A program made the translations under genes and the position numbers. From NCBI RefSeq assembly GCF_001194135.2, contig NC_068984.1, positions 76,769,129 through 76,803,224 on the forward strand: DNA of 34,096 bases. Reading direction: 5' to 3'. Below are positions 24,237 to 34,096 of the stretch, in pieces (position 1 is the stretch's first letter; each line of letters begins with the position of its first letter). This stretch comes from Octopus bimaculoides (Eukaryota). The notes below the pieces were generated by a model that searched no databases, was not told the origin of the DNA, and saw only the letters and a list, made by a program, of their open reading frames with translations.

Positions 24237-24608
24237 GATACATTGAAAGAATTGTTCGGTGAATAGATTGAATTATCGGAGCTGTGGATTCGATGTGACA
24301 AACTGCCACCAGTAGTGCCATTCGAAGACATTGTGCAATACATTGTCGATTGAATAAAAAGTAAGTAAAATTTGCAAAATTAAAATGTGTTTAAAAAAAA
24401 AAGAATAAACTGTTCACGAACATGTATTGCATAAACAGTTAAATGACACTGTTTGCGTGTGGGGCGCAAGTAAAGCATTTCATTTTTCATTATATCACTA
24501 TATTCATATTCATTCGATTTATATTTTATGTACCCCACTATATTGTGTTGTCTGTCTTTGTTCGTCTCTTCTTTGTAAGAGCTATATACTCATAGTAAAG
24601 AATAAAGC
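23347..24608 (+). pseudogene. Copy 2 of ORF1/gag-like CCHC zinc-knuckle unit, disrupted
   Basis: CYYCGVQGHMQARC (C-X2-C-X4-H-X4-C) at 23576-23617 after LRVVVEGRPPI, EQEV repeats, K/E-rich region, frameshift in the poly-A run near 23811-23819, (GA)n expansion, stops, AATAAA at 24601-24606. Confidence 0.8.
24153..24229. repeat. (GA)n microsatellite inside copy 2
   Basis: Direct reading; absent from the homologous position of copy 1. Confidence 0.95.
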
Positions 24609-24624
24609 TAGCAAGTCAAAGTAC

Positions 24625-24667
24625 TCCAGACTGATGAAGAACAATAACTCTGAAATTAGTCTCTGGA
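24625..24667 (+). ncRNA. Minimal type I hammerhead ribozyme, intact core
   Basis: Stem I TCCAGA/TCTGGA (6 bp perfect), CTGATGA 24631-24637, stem II AGA/TCT with 8-nt loop, GAAA 24652-24655, quasi-palindromic helix III ATTAGT, GUC triplet 24659-24661. Confidence 0.8.
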
Positions 24668-24879
24668 TGCTGGCTTTGCTGGGTGGAGGTGCTTATCACG
24701 CTTGTTTGAAAACTTAAGGACACAGAACGCTTGTGTCACGTAGCCAACTGGAAACGATGTTTCCTGGGGCTAAATAGCAGTAGCATTCTTCCCTTTCCTG
24801 GGACTGCCACATTAAGTTGGCAATAAACCATCACTCTATAGATATCCTTTCGGAGAAAAGTAGAATTTTGCCCCATAAT

Positions 24880-25030
24880 ATAGGCGTAGGCGTGGCTGTG
24901 TGGTAAGAAGCATGCTTCCCAGCCACATGGTTCCAGGTTCAGTCCCACTGTGTGGCACCTTGGGCAAGTGTCTTCTGTTATAGCCTCGGGCCGATTGGAT
25001 TTGGTAGACGAAAACTGAAAGAATCCCATC

Positions 25031-25090
<60 letters not shown>

Positions 25091-25330
25091 ATGTACGTGT
25101 GTCTGTGTTTGTTTTCCACTCCACCGCCTGATAACCGGCGTTGGTGTGTTTATGTCCCCGTAACTTAACGGTTCGGTAAAGAAATCGATAGAGTAGGTAC
25201 CAGAGTTTACAAAAAGTACTGTGGTCAATATATTCGACTATAAATTCTTCAATGCGGTGCCCCAGCATGGCCGCAGTCTAATGACTGAAACGAGTAAAAG
25301 ATATAAGATAAAAGATAAAAGATAAAAGAT
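24880..25330 (+). mobile_element. SINE family A, full length
   Basis: GGCGTAGGCGTGGCTGTGTGG, GGTTCAGTCCC, CCTTGGGCAAGTG (CORE-like), internal (TA)n, tail (GATAAAA)n. Confidence 0.9.
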
Positions 25331-25489
25331 ATATTAATTTTTACAGCTCTATAACTAAATTTATATTTTATATAATTAAAAAATAAATTAGCATTTTAAT
25401 ACACTTTTGTTTCAGTTTTTCTGCCCTACATCTTTTACAAATGCCAATCTTCGCTATTAAACTTGGAGGCATTATTTCATAATTTCAAA

Positions 25490-25700
25490 GGCAGTGATGT
25501 AATAGAATCGTTAGCACACCAGACAAAATGCTTAGCAGCATTTCTTCTGGTTTTACGCTCTAAGTTCAAAAGCAGTTGGGATCGACTTTGCCTTTCATCC
25601 TTTTGAGATCGATAAAATAAGTACCAGTTGAGCACTGGAGTCAATATAATCGACTAGCTCCTTCCCTTAAAATTTCAGGCCTTGTGCCTATAATTGAAAT
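25490..25700 (+). mobile_element. SINE family C
   Basis: AAAGGCAG...AGAATCGTTAGCAC...GACTTTGCCTTTCATCCTTTTGAGATCGATAAAATAAGTACCAGTTGAG. Confidence 0.85.
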
Positions 25701-26317
25701 GATTATTTCATAAACAGAAGAGTTCCTATATTCATATTATATTCTTTAAAATTTATTTCCCATAAATAGTTTTCACCACCTATGTGACTATCTCTCTTTA
25801 TTTCTTTTATTAATCATACTGGTAACGATTCTGCTCTTGAACATTCCTAATATATCTATTACAACAGCCTTTAATAACCTTAACATGTTTATTTATGTCG
25901 AATAAATGAATCAGTTCATAAAGTCTTAATTGGCTACATTGCGTTATTGAAAGTTCCGCACACGTATTTACATCTATGCGCACAGACTTATATCACACAC
26001 GCACACACACACATATATACATGCATGCGTGCATACATACATGGTGGCTGTCAACTCGTAGACGAATATGACCATCACTATCAAATTATCATAGTCTACA
26101 CATTAAAGAAAATGGCAGTCAGCAATGCCCGTGCTGAAAGTTGAAGTCGATAACAGCTTGCACAACGCTGCTAAGACTCTCACCCACAAAGCCATTATAA
26201 TCCAGAGACAAGCAAGAGAAAGATCTACGGCTTTGCAATGCACTGGATATTTCTTATTTTGGAATTATCTTTGTCCTCCAGAGATATCTAAACAAAGACT
26301 TGGGGTTTCTCGCTCCA

Positions 26318-26534
26318 CGAGAGGGTGCTGAAAAGTTCCTGGCTTCGAGTGAAATTAAATGCAGGAGGATCAGTTAATTGTGATGTTATTGACCATATAC
26401 TGCTCTCAGATTCACACACATATTGCAGCAGTCCTTCAGTTTTTCTAAGCCTTGTAAAAGAACTCGGAAATTTGAACCTTTAACCAGGTCTTTCGTTATA
26501 CATTTAAAGCCAGGAACTCTTCAGCAGCCCGTCG
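26318..26534. mobile_element. Mariner-derived MITE (~217 bp)
   Basis: TIRs CGAGAGGGTGCTGAAAAGTTCCTGGCTT and AAGCCAGGAACTCTTCAGCAGCCCGTCG (24/28 match by eye), no coding capacity. Confidence 0.85.
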
Positions 26535-26761
26535 TTAGCTATTGGATGGCCATTGACTTTGTTGAGGGTATCTATTCTTTGATAGGTTTTACTTTTCGTG
26601 CTGTAGGGTGTCAAACGGAAAACTACCCCTTTACCATGTAGGCGTGTTAGGGGTGTCGGCTTAGTTGCTGAGAGCCCAACCTTCGGCTGGCTGTACTGGG
26701 TTACATGTTACTAATAGCACTATGAGTGGTCTGTATACATACATAAGTATACATACATACA

Positions 26762-26795
<34 letters not shown>

Positions 26796-27257
26796 CATAC
26801 ATACATACATACGTATATACATACAGATGTATATACATTCATACACACACGCGCACGCACGTATAAGGAGAAAGAAAAATAGAGGGAAGACCGACGTTTA
26901 CACATGCAAAGACGTAGATACATGTAAAGGTGAATATAAATATAAAGATACGTATAAAACAAGTATTTGAAGTGAAATGATATGTATAACACACAGACAC
27001 ACACACACAGATTGTGCCGTGCGATACTATTAAACTGCTGTTATCGTTAAATTCGAGATCATCGCTGAACAAACATATTCTAGCCATGACTACCTCATAG
27101 TCTTGTATATCTAGTACTGCATTGTCCAATGTGTTTTCCCTTTTTCGTTTTAATGACTATTGAAAGAACTAGTAGGATATGATTTGAAGGAGACTGGACT
27201 GCTATTTCACGCACACACGACACACTCACGCATCCACGCATCCACGCAAACAATCAT

Positions 27258-27316
<59 letters not shown>

Positions 27317-28022
27317 CACATGTACGCATGCACGCATGCACGCACATACATATACACACTCACATACATACACACGCACAGAAACAATATTGACCGAATT
27401 GTGTATGGTCCACTAACCAGATATAAGGAAAAACTACACAGACGACTACATATCAACCAAGACAACAACCAAAAAAGGAAAATAAAATAAAAATATAACA
27501 AAAACATGTGACCTTCATTTCAGGTAAAAAAAAATATAGTATGGAGAAATATATGAGAGAACTGCTCCTGTGTAGTTATTCCTTTTTTTAACAGTGTTGG
27601 GAAAGGTAGCTATTACAGCTATTCAGTATTCGGAGAAGAAAAGAAATTGTTCTGTTTATGCAATACAGCGTAATAATACCTGTTTATATACATTGCATAT
27701 ATTACATATGATTCATACATACATACATACATACATACATACATACATACATACATTGTTAAGTATATTCATATACGTGTGTATGTGTGTCTGTGCCTTA
27801 TATATGTATGCATATATGTAACTACTTGGACTGTAGGTATATGTTTATTAGTATGTCGATTAAAGCACATTCACCGTTTGGGATACCTGATGTCATACAC
27901 AGTAACACTATCGTTCTCACTGGATCTACGTCAGGAAATCCGCAGTGTTTGTTGAGTTTATAGATGATGAAGGAAAAGGAAGATGGGTTTAGTACGAATC
28001 TTTACTCAGCAGTAATCTTTAC

Positions 28023-28096
28023 TGAGATCTCCTTGGCATGAAGTTCTGGCTAGTTACGCATTGGTACAGCCAGAACAACATGCCAGTGAGATCTCA
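28023..28096. ncRNA. Pre-miRNA-like hairpin (candidate)
   Basis: 29-nt arms with 25 Watson-Crick pairs, two symmetric 2x2 internal loops, 16-nt terminal region. Confidence 0.45.
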
Positions 28097-28200
28097 ATAT
28101 ATTTAGGGAGATATCTTTCTCTACACCAAACACTAGAAGGGAAACACCTTGACGCACAATATCCTATCTCTCATGGGACAAATGAAAGATGGGTCTAAAC

Positions 28201-30070
28201 CAGGGACGTCAAACTCAATCGCACAGGGGGCCAAAACTCAAAGCACACTTTAGGTTACAGGCAGAACTGGATAAACATTTATTGAACAGACTAAAACTTT
28301 TTGAACATGAATATGTATTGAAACGGATGGTAAATAATTTTATTCCAAAAATAAATTAATTTACTTAAAATATTTGCTCTGCATAAAAATAGCTTCTATC
28401 AAAATTATAAAAATTTAAAATAACATGCTGCAAAAAAACAAAAAACCAACAAGAAAATATAAATAAAAAATGTGGTTTTTAGTGAAAATTAAAATAATGA
28501 ATCAAAACTTTCAATTTTCTTTATGCAATTTTGTCCGAACTACATACTTGGCATATTTTCTTGGCAACGAGTTCATTGATATTTGGGGGCAAGGCTATGT
28601 GTTGTTGAGACTCTCAGGGTGGGCTGAAGGTGTTCATCTGTGAGACGACTCCTATGTGATGGTTTATTCTTCAACACAGAGAACATCTGCTTGCACAGGT
28701 ATGTGCTTCCAAACAAAGACAGTGTTCGAACTGCATGTAAACGGAGCTGAGGTATTGTTCCAGGTGTGAAGCAAGTGAACTGTACGGGCCTCACAGAGTC
28801 GTACTTTGCTTTTAATGTCCCATTACACTGCAGTTCTATTAGCTCCATTTGAATCTATACAGGTAGAGTTACCACATTGACGGAAGCACTCAATTTATCA
28901 GCAAAGTGTTGCTATGGGAAGACCGTGTCGCTGACTTGGCTCACGATTACTTGGCAACAGGGAAAGTGAGACAAGTTCAATTGGTGTCCTTGTATCTCCC
29001 ATAAGCGCAGCTTCACTTGAAATGCCTTCACTGCGTCATACATATCACAGATCATGCGATTTCATCCCTGGAGGTGGATATTTGAAACATTGAGATGCGC
29101 AGTTATGTCAACCAGAAACGCCAACTCCCATTTCCACTTTTCATCCCGCAGAACTTTGGATTCTTTTCCTTTACTGTCCATGAACTGATATATCTCCTCA
29201 ACCAGCTCAAAAACTATATTGAAAACCTTTCCCCGACTGAGCCGCCGCACTTCCGTATGATAAGGTACGTCACAGAACTCTGAATGTATATCCCGCAGGA
29301 AAGACTGAAATTGGCGGTGATTTAACCCTTTGGCTCGGTTAAAGTTTACGGTTTGCGTTACAGAGCTCATTACATGTTCCATTTTAAGGCTTTAGCGCAT
29401 AGCATTTCCTGGTGTTTGATGCAGTGATATGTTGTCAACTCATCAGCGCAATTCTCTTCTTGCATCTTTAAACGTATCCCACCCACTAGTCGACTTTTTT
29501 CACCGAACATCGCGGGTGCTCCATCTGTTGTAAATCCAACAAGTTTGTCCCAAGGCAGTCTCATGTCAGTTACACTCATATTTTTTCAAAGAGATCTTTT
29601 CCTGTTGTCTCGTGCATCGATTTTATGTCCAAAATGTCCTCCATGACGAACAAATTGGACTCCACACCACGGATGAAGATAACCAGCTGTGCCGTATCAG
29701 TCGTGTCAGTCTGACACGACTGATTTGTCTTGATGTTTTGTCTCGTAGTGGCGTTTGAGATTATACTCTTTAAGTACAGCAACATTAGCACCACAATTAA
29801 AACACAGGAGTTTGTCATCAATGTTAGTAAACGTGTACTCGGTTTCCCACCAGATTTGAAAGGCTCTGTTTTCAGCATCGACTTTTCTCTTGGTCATTGA
29901 TATAGATAGCTACTACTACAGAATGACGTTACGTGAAAATGATCACCCAAAAGAGCGGCAACGCGGCTGTTGCGGTTCATTATGGCATTAGTAGATTTTA
30001 CGTCATCAGTGTTTCACAACACGCGATTAGAGAATCGAAGGACGTGTTACCCAGCATGCTTTGCTGTAGT
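28201..30070 (-). mobile_element. hAT (Buster/SPIN/GTF2IRD2-like) transposon, pseudogenised, one end missing
   Basis: TIR CAGGGACGTCAAACTCA at 28201 preceded by 8-bp GTCTAAAC (nnnTAnnn target). Transposase fragments: MTKRKVDAENRAF...LLCFNCGANVAVLKEYNLKRHYETKH (BED-like finger), TDTAQLVIFIRG, TTDGAPAM, HCIKHQE, EVRRLSRGKV, and SLFGSTYLCKQMFS...RSRLTDEHL (hATC dimerisation domain). Confidence 0.92.
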
Positions 30071-30114
30071 TACAATTAAGACATGTGACTGTCTTATCAT
30101 GCCTCTTTTATGGT

Positions 30115-31720
30115 TAACCAAAAAAATCCATAAATGCAAAAGGAAAAGTGATGCCTGTAAATCTTCAGCAAGCAAATACACACAGTTAACACCTCCGGAT
30201 GATTTAAAACTGAGACCAGTCATAGAAAGCCAGGCATGTAAAACACACAGACTCAGCAACGTCTTGGACATCCTCCTAAAACTCTTCCTAAAACATATAC
30301 AGAGCTACATACGAGTTGACCTAGACATACTAAATCATCTGCCAAAAACGGTAAATAAACATCCAATTTTTACTTCATTTGATGTTGTCAGATTATATAC
30401 TAACATTCTCCATGACTATAGAATAACTGGTTAGACACTCACCAATCTGAACTTCCAACATGCATAGCAAAAAATGTATCATTCATACTTGAAAACAACT
30501 ACTTTACCTTTAACAGTTCGGATTACTGACAAACATCAAGAACTGTGATGGGTACGAAAATAGCTCCCACATACGCCAACTTAGTCATGATATTCCACTA
30601 GCAAAACATCTACGATCAATCTCTTCTAATATTCGGTGACACGTTTCATACACAACTCAAAAACAATTGGAAAAGATACTCTGACAAGCTAACTGAATTA
30701 AAAATTATATTAAACAACCTAAGCAATAACATCCAAGTCACAATGGAGTTTAACCCCAAAAAACTCGCCTTTCTGGATAGTCTAATCACAAACCAAGATG
30801 GGAAAATAGAAACGGATATATTCTACGAACCCACTGACTACAAACAATACATTCTTTTTACATCACGTCACCCGAAACGCACAAAACTCAACATTTCCTT
30901 CAATCTCGCAAAATGAATTTGTACAATAGTATCAGAACCATCCAAGCGTGAGCAAAGAGTAGAGTAACTGAGGGACACACTTATCTAAACAGCCTGCCCT
31001 CCTGTCATAATCACCAACGGAATAAACAAAGCAAAATAAATGGATATCGATGAACTTAGGAGAAGCCCCCCCCCCCAAAAAAAAAACAAAAAAAACAAAA
31101 GAAGGAAAAACGTCTTAGCATTTGTGTTAACCTTCAATCCCAGAAACACCGAAATATTTGAGCACATCTACAAAAACCTCACCATTTTATTTGCAGATGA
31201 AAAAAATGAGAAAAGTCTTATAAAACCAACAATCATCAAAAAGCAAAAGGCAGCCCCAAACACTAAAACTCATTCTCACTGGAACAAAAAGACAAAGAAA
31301 CCCCAACTCAACTGTCACAAGATGCGAAAGAACAAACTGCGGCACTTGCCGTTTACCTAATTGAGGGACCAGAATTTAAATTTAAAGACGGCCAAACCTT
31401 CAAAGTTAAATCCAATATCACCTGCAACACAGAAAATCTAATCTACGTAATCACACGCAATGGTTGCCAACATAATTACATAGGTCAGACGGGTGGATTG
31501 TTACGCAACAGAATGACGTCTCATCATCAACAGATCCGAGACAAAAACACGAGGAAAATTCCATTAAGCAGTCACATTGCAAACTGTTCAGGAAAAGACT
31601 TACTCAATTTCAAAATCTTTCCCCTCAACAAGTGTTCAGATGTTTCAGCCAACAACAAAGATTAAATAAAGGAAGGCAATTTATTAACAAATATAAGCCA
31701 CAATAGGATATAGAACCAAC
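30115..31720 (+). mobile_element. Penelope-like element, RT plus GIY-YIG, 5'-truncated pseudogene
   Basis: KIHK...LRPVI...SFDVVRLYTNI, MGTKIAPTYANLVM, LAFLD...TDIFYEPTD...HP...NI, C..CGTC, LIYVITRNGCQHNYIGQT...RNRMTSH (31441-31525), with stops and frameshifts. Confidence 0.92.
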
Positions 31721-32174
31721 CTCTACCAATCAATAAATAAGAATGGACACTTAAAAAATGTATACATACTATTGATTTGGAAAGTACTTTCCATCAATTC
31801 TTAAATCTTCCAACACGCACGCACGCACGCGCGCACACACACATACACACACACACACATACATATACATGCGTGTGCGTGTATGTGTGTGTGATTGCAT
31901 GTGTGTGATTGCGTGTGTGTATATTATATATTTTTATTAAAATGGGAAAATGATCACAAAGCACTGTTACCCAGAGTTTCACGGTCCCGTTCGTCGAACA
32001 GTTGTGATGAGTGTCCGAAGGACGGGAACATGAAACTGATTAACATTTCTGTAATAATTTTGCAGCGTTAATAATAATATATCACTGTATTTTTGGTTTT
32101 CAAGTATTATTTCTCCACCTTGTTTTGCACTTATGTGCTCACCTGTATATATATATATATATATGTATATATAT

Positions 32175-32340
32175 CTTTTGCCTTTTGCTTGTTACAGTCA
32201 TTTCACTGCGGCCATGCTGGGGCACTGCCTTGAAATTTTAGTCGAATGTGTCGACCTCAGTACCTATTATTCAAAGTACTTACTCTATCGGACCCTTGTG
32301 TCGAATCTCTAAGTTACAGGGACGTAAACACCACCACACA
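32175..32340 (-). mobile_element. SINE family A, 3' half
   Basis: TTGCTTGTTACAGTCATTTCACTGCGGCCATGCTGGGGCACTGCC...GGGACGTAAACACC. Confidence 0.85.
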
Positions 32341-32378
32341 CTATATATAAATGTACATACACATCTATATACCGTGTT

Positions 32379-32688
32379 CGGACAGGATTCCGAATGCACT
32401 TTTGCCGGAGGACAAGAAGCCGAAACCAAGAGCCGAACGGACACAATGCCGGACGGACATAAAGCCGAACGTACAGAATCATAAAAAGAAACATTCCTAC
32501 CTACATAGTTTAATGGCCAATTCAGTCTGTCAAATGCTCATACTGTAGGAATAAAATGATTATCATATATTTTAATTTTCGTATGTCTTTTCGGCGTCTT
32601 GTCCGTTCGGCATTGTTTCCGTTCGGCTTCTTGGCTTGGGCTTCTTGTCCTTCGGCAAAAGTGCATTCGCCATCCCGTTCGTGTATCC
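32379..32688. mobile_element. Foldback-type non-autonomous element with internally repetitive ~95-bp inverted arms
   Basis: Left arm CGAATGCACTTTTGCCGGAGGACAAGAAGCC... matches the reverse complement of 32580-32681; arms are built of GCCG(A/G)A(C/G)GGAC subrepeats. Confidence 0.8.
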
Positions 32689-33011
32689 TATATACATACA
32701 TATGCATTCATGCATAAATGCATATATATACATACATGCATAAATACATACTTACATAGATGCATACATAAATACACAGATGCATACATCCGTACGTACA
32801 TATACAATCATGCATACATGCCGACATACCTCTGTACACAAATATACACCCACATATACATTAAATAGACATTTTTTCCAATTCTCATCATTGTATGTAA
32901 AGTTTGCTCCCTTAAATACGTCTTTTCATTCCTGCGTACCCTCTAAATTAAACTGCCGAGTGTCTGTTAATATTCTTTCCCTGTTTTTAAATATACTAAA
33001 AGTATTGATAG

Positions 33012-33012
<1 letters not shown>

Positions 33013-33087
<75 letters not shown>

Positions 33088-33108
33088 GCTGCTGCTGCTG
33101 CTGCTGCT
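33013..33108. repeat. Compound (GTT)n(GCT)n trinucleotide repeat
   Basis: Direct reading: GTT 33013-33087, GCT 33088-33108. Confidence 0.95.
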
Positions 33109-33802
33109 GTTTAGCCTCAGCTCAGCTCAGAGTTTGCGACTTTTGACAAGTTGGTAGGTGATCGATTAAGAGCAAAAACAGACCTGCTTTTTTGGAACAT
33201 ATTGTATCTCTACATATATGAAGATAAACTACATAGCACAGCGTGGTTAACTGTATGACGTTGTAATATAAACATGTTTTATACAGATGAAATTTACTCT
33301 AAAAGCTTCGCTTACTTTGTAATAGATATGCATGAAACTAAGTGGTACGTTTCGTCATTTGATATAAACTGCGGTCTCTATCCTTTATAGATTTTCAATG
33401 ATCAAATACTACTTTTATTTGTTCAGCCACAGAAGTAAAAAGTAAGTTGAAACACCCAGTGACCAGAAAATCCTACCCTGCCTTGAGCAACAATAATAGG
33501 AATGAGCGGAATGTGTCCATATGTCACCCTTTTAGCTTTAACCTCCCCATGAAGTGCTTTGAGCTATAACAGGAAGCTTAATATACGTGCCCTCAAGTCA
33601 ATCGTGAAGCTATTGTTTCAGATTCCAAGTTTCAGCTCCATAAAGGAGAAATCTCTACACTTGTCCTGAAGAAGACAATCTTGCTCGCTCTGAAGTATTT
33701 GTTCGATTGCTCAATTTTAAAATTGATTACATACACACCCGGATTGTTCTATTGCACCCAGCGTAATTACTCTCCCGTACCTTTATACACACACACACAC
33801 AC

Positions 33803-33842
<40 letters not shown>

Positions 33843-34057
33843 TCTTTACTCTTTACTCTTTTACTTGTTTCAGTCATTTTGACTGCGGCCATGCTGGAGC
33901 ACCGCCTTTAGTCGAGAAAATCGACCCCAGGACTTATTCTTTGCAAGCCTAGTACTTATTCTATCGGTCTCTTTTGCCGAACCACTAAGTTACGGGGACG
34001 TAAACACACCAGCATCGGTTGTCAAGCGATGGTGAGGAAGCAAACACAGACACACAA

Positions 34058-34060
<3 letters not shown>
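33843..34060 (-). mobile_element. SINE family A, 3' half, young
   Basis: Very similar to 661-865; the rest probably continues beyond the window end after the internal microsatellite. Confidence 0.9.
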
Positions 34061-34090
<30 letters not shown>

Positions 34091-34096
34091 CATATA

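Noticed and set aside
31947-31974. AAAATGATCAC...TGTTACCCAG as the missing hAT end
   Set aside because: Only two short word matches; no TIR or GTCTAAAC target duplication follows.
32020-32041. Resemblance of GGACGGGAAC to miR-184
   Set aside because: The seed differs (GGACGGG vs GGACGGA) and the rest of the mature and star sequences do not match.
33013-33108. Poly-Gln (minus) or poly-Leu (plus) coding repeat
   Set aside because: The Gln frame has a stop four codons upstream and another shortly downstream, with no good splice sites.
33666-33710. CTGAAGA...GAAG motif
   Set aside because: GAAG instead of GAAA and weak stems; likely chance.
1-34096. CRISPR arrays, rRNA genes or prokaryotic operons
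   Set aside because: None seen; sequence is eukaryotic repeat-rich DNA and tandem units lack unique spacers.

Overview
Eukaryotic, AT-rich, repeat-dominated scaffold DNA with six N-gaps, each flanked by microsatellites. The SINE families resemble those of Octopus (inference from remembered sequences, no database search run). I found no intact host gene; nearly all long ORFs in the track are microsatellite or N artefacts. The window holds at least four tRNA-derived SINE families and degenerate transposons: mariner, a mariner MITE, a Buster/SPIN-type hAT, two Penelope-like (PLE) fragments, a HERO-like RLE LINE, an R4/Dong-like fragment, and Helitron-like and foldback elements. Most notable: (i) five hammerhead ribozyme (HHR)-like motifs, one compact with an intact core and three with an unusual 53-58 nt stem II insert; (ii) a head-to-tail pair of CCHC zinc-knuckle, ORF1-like units with no ORF2, ending at AATAAA 18 nt before the intact HHR; (iii) a 74-nt pre-miRNA-like hairpin in apparently unique sequence. 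All alignments and folds were done by eye.
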